Assembly (NCBI GenBank): GCA_046759445.1
Contig: JBHICG010000019.1
Location: forward strand, 1-50,263
Source of the DNA: Candidatus Scalinduaceae bacterium
Lineage (GTDB): Bacteria; Planctomycetota; Brocadiia; Brocadiales; Scalinduaceae
Direction: 5' to 3'
DNA: 50,263 nucleotides
Shown here: positions 21,115-29,746 of the stretch, piece after piece
How positions within the stretch are numbered: position 1 is the first letter of the stretch
Layout of the letters: each line of letters begins with the position of its first letter
Program-made: the position numbers and the translations under genes
Notes under the pieces: model-generated
The model's input: the letters and a program-made list of their open reading frames with translations, nothing else
Told to the model about the DNA's origin: nothing
Database searches by the model: none

Positions 21115-21375
21115 ATGGGAAAATATGAAAAACTTTATTTACAGATTTTGAGAGGACGTTCGGATGCAAATATACATTTTTATGATTTAGTGAATTTGCT
21201 GTTAAAAATGGGTTTTGATAAAAGGGTGGGTGGAAGTCATCATATATTTCGGAAATCCGGTATAATAGAAAAGATTAATTTACAAAAAGAAGGTAACAAA
21301 GCAAAACCTTATCAGGTTCGTCAGGTTAGAAATATTATTTTAAAATATAAGCTAGGAGTTAAATCTAATGGATAA
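21115..21375 (+). CDS. hicA: HicA-family toxin
   Basis: GGSHHIF motif, AKPYQVRQV; overlaps hicB. Confidence 0.88.
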   Translation: MGKYEKLYLQILRGRSDANIHFYDLVNLLLKMGFDKRVGGSHHIFRKSGIIEKINLQKEGNKAKPYQVRQVRNIILKYKLGVKSNG

Positions 21376-21580
21376 ATATGAGGTTATTATTTTTTGGAGT
21401 AATGAAGACAATGCATATATTGCTGAAGCGCCTGAACTTCCAGGCTGCATGGCTCACGGAGATACACATTCAAAGGCTTTAACAAATCTAAAATCTGCGA
21501 TGAACCTTTGGATTAAAACTGCTAAAGAGTTTGGCGATCCCATTCCTGAGCCTAAAGGACAAAGGCTTTCATTTGCATAG
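21368..21580 (+). CDS. hicB: HicB-family antitoxin (short form)
   Basis: PELPGCMAHGDT..AL, W...A...G.PIPEP. Confidence 0.9.
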   Translation: MDKYEVIIFWSNEDNAYIAEAPELPGCMAHGDTHSKALTNLKSAMNLWIKTAKEFGDPIPEPKGQRLSFA

Positions 21581-21600
21581 TTTTGTAAATCATAGTAATA

Positions 21601-22271
21601 CAGGGACACTTCCTTTAATAAAATAGAAGGTGAGATATATCCATCTCAATCCAATTAAAGCAAAGATGGTAAAGAATATTAAAGATTTTAAGTGGAGCAG
21701 CCATAGTATATATTTAAAAGGAAAAAGTAGCGTTGCCTGGATAGATGTCGATTCTATATTGCACTTTTTTTCTAAAAATAAAATAGAGGCTATAAAAGAA
21801 TATAAAGAATATATGTCTCAAGATGTTGATAAAGAGGCAGAGGTGTTTTACTCAAAGAAAAATCAAAGCTCCATATATGGAGATAATAGCTTTATTGAAA
21901 AAATAAAGGAATTTTTTATAATTTCCGATAAAAGGTCAAATATTGAAATAAAAGAAAAAAGAGTACTTATGGGAGAAGGAGTGTTAAAGCGAGTTAATAT
22001 GGAAATTTGCAGAGAGTTTAGGGTCAGTGAAAAAAAGCTTTACCAGGGAAAAAGAGGAGAAGAAAATATGGCTCGTTTTTTTGCCATTACGTTAGCAAGA
22101 GAGTTGTCTGGATTTCGCATGTCAGAAATTGCAGAACGTTATAAAATTGCGAGCTACAGAACTGTGGGAACAATTTGTTTTCGTTTTAGTAAGAGAATGA
22201 AAGGTGATAAAATATTACGAAATCAATACGATTCACTCAAGCATATATGTAGTCATGGAAGGACTTGACCC
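21601..22271 (+). pseudogene. 5'-truncated REP-associated tyrosine transposase (RAYT) with DnaA-C-like tail
   Basis: Starts at RYIHLNP...WSSH with the HUH region missing; agggacacttcc at the left and gacttgacccc at the right end. Confidence 0.75.
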
Positions 22272-22453
22272 CTTTTCCTTTTTCCTTTTCAGCGTGACTA
22301 TAAAAACTTAAAGAAGATAGATAAAAATCTTGTGTGTCTTGATAAAACTTTTACGAGAGAAAAATTGATTGAAGAAATCAAAGCAAAGATCGGATAGAAA
22401 AACCAACATGGTATTTCGTTGGCATAAAAGAAATAAGTAGGAAATGTGAGTAA

Positions 22454-22708
22454 CTATCTAAAAGATTGATGAATTACACAGTAAATAATTACGTCAGTAA
22501 GAATCTGCTTTTCTATTTTAGAGCAGGTATCAACGTCAAGCTCTCCTATATCAAAACTTTCCGTACATTCAACTAACTTCTCTATACAGACCAGTGAGAT
22601 TTGATGAAAGTAAGGTTTTTCTTTAGGTTTGAGCCAGTCGGGGTTAACTATCATTTTTCCTCTTGATTTTGATGATTGGCTGAGTATTATAAACACCAGT
22701 ATTTCCAC
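22454..22708 (-). CDS. Hypothetical protein, possibly truncated
   Basis: ORF only; likely start at MIVNPDWLKP. Confidence 0.35.
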   Translation of the reverse strand: MEILVFIILSQSSKSRGKMIVNPDWLKPKEKPYFHQISLVCIEKLVECTESFDIGELDVDTCSKIEKQILTDVIIYCVIHQSFR

Positions 22709-22847
22709 AATCTACTAAAGGCTTGATTAGCTTCATAAGCAAGACTCATTGTCATACCACATAAACATATACTCCATCAAATGAGGGATATGTTATCTTT
22801 GATATAAAATTAACTATTTATTGCAGCAACATAAAAAGTAATGTTAT

Positions 22848-23198
22848 ATGATGCTGAACGCAAGAAGGGGGGAAATAATGAAAGATATTCTAAGTTATTT
22901 AATTTTTTCAGCTATTTTTTTGTCAATACTTTACCCATTTGTACGATTTATTTATGGCTTGGATAATTGGTCAAAGTGGGTCCGAATTTTGAGCATTTCA
23001 AGCATATTCATAGTTTTGTTACTAGGCCTGTTTTTTCCAGATTTATATAATCCTTTTTCTGCTCAAGTAATGTGGAAAGATAGGCTAAAACATTTTGCAA
23101 TAGTAAGTTTTGGATTGGGAGTATTATCTATTATTATAATGATAGTTATTAGTATAATTGTAAGAGGAGGCAGTAAACCTAATGCAAAGGAAGAATAA
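22848..23198 (+). CDS. Hypothetical three-TM membrane protein
   Basis: Three hydrophobic helices; GGGGG RBS before the internal Met (MKDIL). Confidence 0.55.
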   Translation: MMLNARRGEIMKDILSYLIFSAIFLSILYPFVRFIYGLDNWSKWVRILSISSIFIVLLLGLFFPDLYNPFSAQVMWKDRLKHFAIVSFGLGVLSIIIMIVISIIVRGGSKPNAKEE

Positions 23199-23442
23199 AG
23201 CGGAGGAAACAAAATAATTAATAGAACAATCCAAGTAGTTGCTATATTTTTTCTTAATTGTACTTCCATCTGGATGCAACAAAGATGAAAAAGCTTACCG
23301 AGAAGCAAGGGAGAGAAAGAAGGGATTATGGGAAGAATAGAAATAATCATTATTTTAGTTCTTTTAAAATTCAATAATAAAATTTTATGTGCAAAGAGAA
23401 TAGTTCGCAGAAACGGGTCAAGTCTGCTTATGGCTTAACTCA

Positions 23443-24060
23443 TTGATAGGTAAGCCACTGGTTTCACCAGTGAGACTATCAAAGGTTTTACCTTCAAGTA
23501 TTTAGTAGTATAATATTCCTCCAACTGGCTTGACGGTTAGAACAAACCAGAGAGGAGGAATAAATGGAAAAGTTTAATAGTTTATCACATTCGAGGTATG
23601 ATTGTAAATACCATGTAGTGTTTGTGCCCAAATTTAGGAAGAAGTCGCTGTTTGGGAAGATAAGGCAATATTTAAAGGGAGTATTTCATGAATTAGCAAG
23701 GCAGAAGGGTAGTAAGATATTTTCAGGACATATGGCATCGGATCATGTGCACATGTGTATATTGATTCCACCCAAATATGCAGTGTCTGAGGTGATTGGC
23801 TATTTGAAGGGTAAGAGCGCAATAGCGGTGGCAAGGCAATATGGAGGTAAAAGCAGGAACTTCAATGGTGAAAGATTATGAGCGAGAGGGTATGCAGTGC
23901 CAACGGTTGGTTTTGAGCTTGAAAAGGTTAAAAAATACATAGCCCAACAGGAGAAGATAGAGAAAGATCAAGAAGATGGTAAATTTTAAATTGGTTTGAT
24001 TGGCTGTCTTTGAGACAGCTCACAACCGTCAAGCCACCCCTTTATGGGGTGCGTCATGAC
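23443..24060 (+). mobile_element. IS200/IS605-family element (tnpA only)
   Basis: Left hairpin tgatag..cactggtttcaccagtg..ctatca, right hairpin cacccc-tttat-ggggtg followed by TGAC; subterminal IR tggcttgacggtt/aaccgtcaagcca. Confidence 0.85.
23564..23989 (+). pseudogene. tnpA: IS200 TnpA Y1 transposase with premature stop
   Basis: YHVVFVPK, DHVHM (HUH), LKGKS; TGA at 23879-23881 where W of WARGY is expected; catalytic YIAQQ lies after the stop. Confidence 0.88.
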
Positions 24061-24206
24061 TTGGTATTGTTTTAAACTAGACAAACTAGGGGCAACAGCG
24101 ACGGTTTTAGTGTCATACCTCTTTCTGCCATACGAGTAGCTTAGCTCAATGTTATAGTAATTGAAAAAGGCAGTCCTTTTTCCGACAAAGTTCTTCAGAA
24201 GACTTT

Positions 24207-25583
24207 TTAGTATCGGTAAGCGTCAGGCTTAAAGGGTCCTTCGATGGGAGTGCTGATGTACTCAGACTGTTCTTGTGTCATGCGTGTGATAACGCCTCCA
24301 AATCCTTTAACCATTTCAGTGGCGACTTCTTCATCCAATTTCTTGGGAAGTACCTTCACGTAGACGGGCTCACGCTCAGAATCGGGTTTGCTTGCCCAAG
24401 CCTCTTCGTATAGATACATTTGTGCAAGCACCTGATTTGTGAAAGAACCATCCATGACACGGGATGGATGGCCGGTTGCGTTGCCGAGGTTCACGAGGCG
24501 TCCTTCTGAAAGAAGAATAATGTAATCTTCACTATCATCGGATCGGTAGATCTTATGAACTTGAGGTTTCACCTCTTCCCACCTCCAGTTTTCGCGCATG
24601 AAGTGAGTGTCAATCTCATGGTCAAAGTGACCGATGTTACAAACGATAGCGCCAGGCTTAAGGGCAGCCAGCATGTGACGATCACATACGTTCACGTTAC
24701 CTGAAGCTGTTACGATCAGGTCAGTCCTGGCCAATAACTGCTTATCTATGCATTCAGCAGAGCCAGTGTTGATGCCGTCTTTGTAAGGAGAGACAACTTC
24801 GTATCCGTCCATGCATGCCTGCATACCACAGATGGGGTCAATTTCGGAAATACTAACGATCATGCCTTCCTGGCGTAAGCTCTGGGCAGACCCCTTTCCT
24901 ACGTCACCGTAGCCGACAACGAGGGCTTTTTTACCGGAAAGAAGAGCGTCAGTGCCACGTTTAATAGCATCATTTAAACTGTGGCGGCAACCGTACTTGT
25001 TATCGTTTTTAGATTTGGTTACAGAGTCGTTAACGTTGATGGCTGGGACCTTAAGTTCGCCTTTTCTCATCATATCGTATAAACGATGAACACCAGTGGT
25101 GGTTTCTTCTGTGATGCCGTGGATTTTCTCGAGCATCTGAGGATACTTCTCATGAGCCATAGCAGTGAGGTCACCACCGTCATCAAGCAACATATTGGCA
25201 TCCCAGGGTTGACCATCCTTAAGAATGGTCTGTTCGATACACCACATACCTTCCTCTTCTGTCTGGCCCTTCCATGCATAAACGGCAACACCGGAAGCAG
25301 CCATAGCCGCTGCAGCGTGGTCTTGTGTGGAGAAAATGTTACAAGAAGACCAGCGAACTTCTGCTCCAAGGGCACGAAGTGTTTCGATCAATACGGCCGT
25401 TTGGATTGTCATGTGGATACAGCCGATGATTTTAGCACCCTTAAGGGGCTGTTCATTCTCATATTTTCTTCTGAGGTTCATCAAACCCGGCATTTCAGCT
25501 TCAGCGAGGGTGATCTCACGACGTCCCCAGTCAGCCAGGCTGATGTCGGCTACCTTGTAATCTTGCGTAAGCGTAATAGTCAT
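24207..25583 (-). CDS. ahcY: Adenosylhomocysteinase (SAH hydrolase)
   Basis: [60 protein letters not shown]. Confidence 0.98.
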   Translation of the reverse strand: MTITLTQDYKVADISLADWGRREITLAEAEMPGLMNLRRKYENEQPLKGAKIIGCIHMTIQTAVLIETLRALGAEVRWSSCNIFSTQDHAAAAMAASGVAVYAWKGQTEEEGMWCIEQTILKDGQPWDANMLLDDGGDLTAMAHEKYPQMLEKIHGITEETTTGVHRLYDMMRKGELKVPAINVNDSVTKSKNDNKYGCRHSLNDAIKRGTDALLSGKKALVVGYGDVGKGSAQSLRQEGMIVSISEIDPICGMQACMDGYEVVSPYKDGINTGSAECIDKQLLARTDLIVTASGNVNVCDRHMLAALKPGAIVCNIGHFDHEIDTHFMRENWRWEEVKPQVHKIYRSDDSEDYIILLSEGRLVNLGNATGHPSRVMDGSFTNQVLAQMYLYEEAWASKPDSEREPVYVKVLPKKLDEEVATEMVKGFGGVITRMTQEQSEYISTPIEGPFKPDAYRY

Positions 25584-25728
25584 GTCAAACTCCTTTATTT
25601 AAAGTTGCAAATAAGAGTAGGCGCCAGGCTTGCCTGGCGTGATAAGAATTCGCTTTTTAGTATAAGTGGGATATTATAGTAAAAGCCTGCAGGTTTTCAA
25701 CTATTTTTCAAATATTGTTCATGACTGT

Positions 25729-26592
25729 TCAATCGCGAAGCATTGATTTGTATGGTTTGGTAAGTTGTTCCAAAACATAGCAGGTTTGGCGTATATTTCT
25801 CTCCTCATTCACACGTAAAGAACTAATATAATATCCAGCGGCAAAATAATGGAGAAGTACCTTCTGGACGTGTTCACGCCACCGGTGAGCTACTTGTATA
25901 TTGCGTTTTTTAATCTTTTCAATATCATCTGGTATTTCTAGTAACAACACGTCATTTCCTAGTGTTAAATCTGATTCGGATGGAAGGAGTAATCCTTGTT
26001 CATCACATTCTGTCTTATTTATGTTTACACCTTCTGCATGTTTTCTCTCCTTAACATCTTGAGTATCATCATCCATAATTGACTTAACTTTATCACTGAG
26101 AAGCCACCATTCAGCAAGAAGGCGATCAGTCCCCAGACCACCATGCAATTTGCTGGAGGTCTCTTCTCCATATAAATTTATTTCATAACTGCATGCAATG
26201 ACTCCTAATTTGTTAAGATTCAGGTGGGCATTCTTGGCCTGTAATGGGTCAAACGTCCAGGTTATAAGGTCTATGTTGCAGCTCAGGGCATCTTCCCGTT
26301 GGGCTTTTTTTAACCTGAAGCCGATATTTTGGTCTCGGTATTCCGGCAACACTGCCATCATATGTGAGTGTTGCGAGGGGCATCCATAATGAACTGCTGG
26401 AACACCAAAAACGAAACCCACCATCATATCTCCATCAAATGCCCCCATTGCAAATCCACCGTGCTTGCGGAGTACTAACATGAAACGTGCCGGTATTGTG
26501 TCAATTTGATTAAATCCCCACACAGCCTCTTGCAACTTTTCGCAAGGTTCAAACTCTTCAAGCGTTTTTAGGTATCTAAACGTAATAGGCAT
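25729..26592 (-). CDS. GNAT-family N-acetyltransferase (COG3375-like)
   Basis: HSHMMAVLPEYRDQNIG, WTFDPLQAKNAHLNLNKLG, TDRLLAEW. Confidence 0.85.
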   Translation of the reverse strand: MPITFRYLKTLEEFEPCEKLQEAVWGFNQIDTIPARFMLVLRKHGGFAMGAFDGDMMVGFVFGVPAVHYGCPSQHSHMMAVLPEYRDQNIGFRLKKAQREDALSCNIDLITWTFDPLQAKNAHLNLNKLGVIACSYEINLYGEETSSKLHGGLGTDRLLAEWWLLSDKVKSIMDDDTQDVKERKHAEGVNINKTECDEQGLLLPSESDLTLGNDVLLLEIPDDIEKIKKRNIQVAHRWREHVQKVLLHYFAAGYYISSLRVNEERNIRQTCYVLEQLTKPYKSMLRD

Positions 26593-26863
26593 AACATGTT
26601 AATTTAGATGACATATATTATCTTCAGGAAATGTAAAACGAATAATTAGTATCTAATTCGCTAGCACTAATAACTTACCAATTATATAGTTGGGACAAAG
26701 CTATTTGAAAAATTAAATATACTGCTGATTCCGGGATTTATCAATCATATTCTACGTCTTTAATATTCGGATTATGGATATGCTGTATATTTTATTTTGC
26801 CTGGCAAAACAACCTAAACTAGCGCTAACGAAAGCGAATCTATTCAAGTTTCAAAAATTACCC

Positions 26864-26892
26864 TTGACAGAGACATAAATAATTAATATGTT
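26864..26892 (+). promoter_or_regulatory. sigma70 promoter of lexA
   Basis: TTGACA-N17-TATGTT. Confidence 0.7.
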
Positions 26893-26912
26893 AGGTGAAC
26901 GTGTGTTCACCT
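26893..26912. promoter_or_regulatory. LexA operator (SOS box)
   Basis: Palindrome AGGTGAAC-GTGT-GTTCACCT (perfect 8-bp arms) directly after the -10 element; GAAC-N4-GTTC core. Confidence 0.8.
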
Positions 26913-26931
26913 TAGTTGGAAAGAAAGCCAT

Positions 26932-27096
26932 GTCTTGTAGCGGGGTGAAAAAACGTATAACCCTGACTGCCCCCATAGCTTCCTTGCCGAAAGTAGGCTC
27001 TTGTAAGAGCGTAAGCTAGGAATGGGGGCGGGTCGTCAGGGTTGGTGCGGGTCAAAGCCCAAAACTTTTTAATGGGGTTTACCCTGATATGAAGGC
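26932..27096 (+). ncRNA. Candidate structured 5' leader RNA of lexA
   Basis: Nested stems aaccctgac/gtcagggtt, tgccccca/tgggggcg, tagctt/aagcta; an outer stem covers the ATG. Confidence 0.45.
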
Positions 27097-27712
27097 CGAA
27101 CTTACAAAAAAACAGCATAAACTTTTGTTATTCCTGACAAAGTATATCCAGGAAAATGGCTACCCGCCTACTGTTCGGGAGATTGTATATCACTTAAAGT
27201 TGGCAAGCACCAACAGTGTAAAGAAGTATCTGGATATCCTTGAGCGTAAGGGCTATATAAGGCGAATACCAAACAGCCCCAGGGCAATAGAAGTATGTGT
27301 GCAAACACCCGCAACCAGTGCAAGGCTGATACCTGTAGCTGGTAAGGTTAGGGCCGGAGAGCCTCACCTCGCAGTTGAAGACATTGCGGGGCATCTTGCC
27401 ATAGACAAATCCATGGCTTGTTGGGACGATGCTTTTTTTCTTAGAGTAGAAGGGGATAGTATGATAGGCGCCCATATCCAGGATGGTGACTTCGTACTAG
27501 TTAAACCCCAACCAACTGCAGAGAATAGTGATATAGTAGTTGCCGTTATAAATGATGAGGCTACGGTAAAAAGATTTTTCAGAAGACGCAATAATATTTA
27601 TCTGGAACCGGCTAATCCCACTATGAAGCCCATAATTATCAATAAAAATCAGGCACATGAGATAACCATAGTTGGAAAGGTTGTGACGGTATTGAGACAG
27701 ATTGACAGGTGA
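27089..27712 (+). CDS. lexA: SOS repressor LexA
   Basis: GYPPTVREI wHTH, Ala-Gly site VRAGEP, GDSM (Ser), ATVKRF (Lys). Confidence 0.97.
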   Translation: MKAELTKKQHKLLLFLTKYIQENGYPPTVREIVYHLKLASTNSVKKYLDILERKGYIRRIPNSPRAIEVCVQTPATSARLIPVAGKVRAGEPHLAVEDIAGHLAIDKSMACWDDAFFLRVEGDSMIGAHIQDGDFVLVKPQPTAENSDIVVAVINDEATVKRFFRRRNNIYLEPANPTMKPIIINKNQAHEITIVGKVVTVLRQIDR

Positions 27713-27721
27713 ACCCATCAG

Positions 27722-27962
27722 CCCCCCTGGTTCCCACGCTCTGCGTGGGAACCCTTGCGGTGTCCCCGCCTGTTTATTAGGTAGGGCGGACACATTACAA
27801 GACGAATGTGTGCGATAATAACCAAGCTCAGCTCGATAACGAAGACCAGCACATTCCCACGCAGGAGCGTGGGAATGAGATATTTCTGCGTGGTATGAAA
27901 TAATGTTTTGAAAATTTAGATTTTGATATTTGTTTAGAATTTCGTATTTCGTGCTTCGGACT
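27722..27962. repeat. Composite REP-like palindrome cluster
   Basis: gttcccacgctctgcgtgggaac and ttcccacgcaggagcgtgggaa palindromes, an inner GC hairpin, then a T-rich low-complexity tail; partly repeated at 30676-30769. Confidence 0.75.
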
Positions 27963-28043
27963 TTTTTACAACAGTTGAATCACCAAAATCAGTAATAGAA
28001 TTTTTAAACGCTGTACTAGATATTTTGTTCATGGTAAATACAT

Positions 28044-28307
28044 ATGATTACGGAAATAGATGAACCCATAAAGGTGGGAGTGGTTTTTGGAGCCGATTGT
28101 ATCGGAGGGAAGAAAATAAAGCCGGTGTGGTTTGCATGGAAAGGAAGGCAACACCGCATTAAAGAGGTAACGTATACGTGGGCAAATAAGGAAGGAAGGG
28201 CTTTCGTTCATCATTTTTCTGTTACAGATGGTCAGAACCTATACGAAATCTCTTACAATACCGAGACTATGGTATGGAGACTTTTGGCGGTGGAAGTGGA
28301 AGGATAG
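28044..28307 (+). CDS. Small beta-rich protein, DUF6504/ImuB-C-like, putative polymerase accessory subunit
   Basis: P.WF.W.GR.H.I..V...W, HFSV, LYEISYN...W.L pattern; lies between lexA and the Y-family polymerase. Confidence 0.65.
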   Translation: MITEIDEPIKVGVVFGADCIGGKKIKPVWFAWKGRQHRIKEVTYTWANKEGRAFVHHFSVTDGQNLYEISYNTETMVWRLLAVEVEG

Positions 28308-28320
28308 CCTCAATTAAGTT

Positions 28321-28488
28321 AAAAGTGCCTAAAGTTTAAAGTGAACTAAAGTTATGGATAACAAAGAATTTTCTAAAGAGCTTGAAGAGCACAGTGAATT
28401 GCTTGCTATTTTTACATCTATTGGGAAAAAGTGAACCGTAAAAGAAATATTACATTAACTTTAGTTTACTTTGGTCACTTAAAACTTT
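28321..28488 (+). mobile_element. Internally deleted four-helix-bundle (IVP/Avd-like) mini-element
   Basis: 26-aa ORF 28354-28434 MDNKEFSKELEEHSELLAIFTSIGKK between inverted short-repeat arms aaagtgaactaaagtta / taactttagtttacttt. Confidence 0.55.
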
Positions 28489-28516
28489 TTATGAGACCAA
28501 AACATATATAAGAGCT

Positions 28517-29746
28517 ATGCCCAATAACAAGACAATAATGCACGTAGACATGAATGCTTTTTTTGCCTCTGTAGAACAGCAGGTCAATCCTTCATTCAGG
28601 CATAAGCCTATAGCCGTCATCGGTGCGCATAAGAGGACGGTTATTACTACGGCTTCATATGAAGCCAGGGCTTATGGCGTTAACGTTGGTATGACAGTGC
28701 CAGAGGCAAAGCAACTTTGCCCTGACGTAATATTCGTGGCGGGCGACAACAAAAAATATACAGACACTTGCACTCGTCTTGTTGGGCTTTATAAGAATTA
28801 TACACCCCTGGTGGAGGTGTATTCGGTTGATGAGGTTTTTCTGGATATAACAGGATCCCTTTATCTTTTTGATAGTCCCAGGGATGTAGCCCTGCAGATT
28901 AAAAAAAGAATGCACAGGAATTTTGGACTTACATGTTCCATTGGCATAGGACCTAACAAGTTATTGGCAAAACTGGCGAGTAATATGAAAAAGCCCGATG
29001 GGCTTACAATAATACACACTGAGGATATTTCCGGGATTCTTGAAGAACTACCTGTGAGTAAACTCTGTGGAATAGGTTCACGACTTGAGATGCACCTCGA
29101 AGCCATGGGTGTTAAGACATGTGAGGAATTGGGAAGATTTCCGGTAAATGAGCTAAAAAGAAAATTTGGCGTTATTGGCGGAAGGCTACATCAGATGGGG
29201 CTGGGTATAGATGAAAGTCCAGTTGTTCCGGTTGAAGATGTGGCCGATGCAAAATCTGTAGGTCATAGTATGACCCTTGAGAAGGATATAAGTGACAATG
29301 AAAGCATAGAGAGATACCTGCTCCAACTTTCGGAGATGGTTGGGAGGAGATTGCGCCGTAGTCACTATTCTGGCAGGACGATCGCTCTGACCTTGAGGTA
29401 TCCGGATTTCCATACCTTTACGAAAAGACGCACTATTAATGAATATGTGAATGATGGATTTGATATATACCTTGTGGCCCTTGATATATTAAGATTGATA
29501 AGGCTCAAAAATGCTGTACGATTGCTGGGTGTAAGTGTCTCAAATCTGGTGAAGGATTACGGACAGATATCCCTTTTCAAGAAGGAGAGGGACAGAAGAT
29601 GTGTTGTACAGGCAATGGATAGAATAAATGACAGGTACGGAGAATTCAGTATAGTGCAAGCAAGGTTACTTGATAGGTATCCACATAAGGGTGTTATTGC
29701 TCCTGCATGGAGACCAGTAGGTGCCAGAAGGGTAAATTATCCATGA
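28517..29746 (+). CDS. dinB: Y-family DNA polymerase (DinB/Pol IV-like)
   Basis: HVDMNAFFASVEQ, ASYEARAYGV, YSVDEVFLD, LAKLAS..KPDG; clamp motif QISLF. Confidence 0.95.
   Translation: MPNNKTIMHVDMNAFFASVEQQVNPSFRHKPIAVIGAHKRTVITTASYEARAYGVNVGMTVPEAKQLCPDVIFVAGDNKKYTDTCTRLVGLYKNYTPLVEVYSVDEVFLDITGSLYLFDSPRDVALQIKKRMHRNFGLTCSIGIGPNKLLAKLASNMKKPDGLTIIHTEDISGILEELPVSKLCGIGSRLEMHLEAMGVKTCEELGRFPVNELKRKFGVIGGRLHQMGLGIDESPVVPVEDVADAKSVGHSMTLEKDISDNESIERYLLQLSEMVGRRLRRSHYSGRTIALTLRYPDFHTFTKRRTINEYVNDGFDIYLVALDILRLIRLKNAVRLLGVSVSNLVKDYGQISLFKKERDRRCVVQAMDRINDRYGEFSIVQARLLDRYPHKGVIAPAWRPVGARRVNYP

Noticed and set aside
23879..23881. In-frame TGA in tnpA as selenocysteine or recoding
   Set aside because: It replaces a conserved Trp (TGG to TGA), other genes here use TGA as stop, and no SECIS-like hairpin is evident; a simple nonsense mutation
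25070..25679. ORFs overlapping ahcY, and similar short overlapping ORFs in secA, metK, hppA and lexA
   Set aside because: Alternative-frame or antisense ORFs over well-supported genes
25584..25700. SAH riboswitch upstream of ahcY
   Set aside because: The GTTGCA...GCCAGGCT resemblance is on the non-coding strand and the GAGCG/CGCUC pseudoknot elements are missing; only a simple hairpin is supported
26932..27096. 6S RNA, SRP RNA or c-di-GMP riboswitch identity for the lexA leader
   Set aside because: Their conserved sequence motifs are not recognisable and the closing stem overlaps the lexA CDS; kept as an unknown structure
28341..28354. Second LexA box GTGAAC-TAAA-GTTA upstream of dinB
   Set aside because: The right half-site is imperfect and the sequence is part of the mini-element repeat arm
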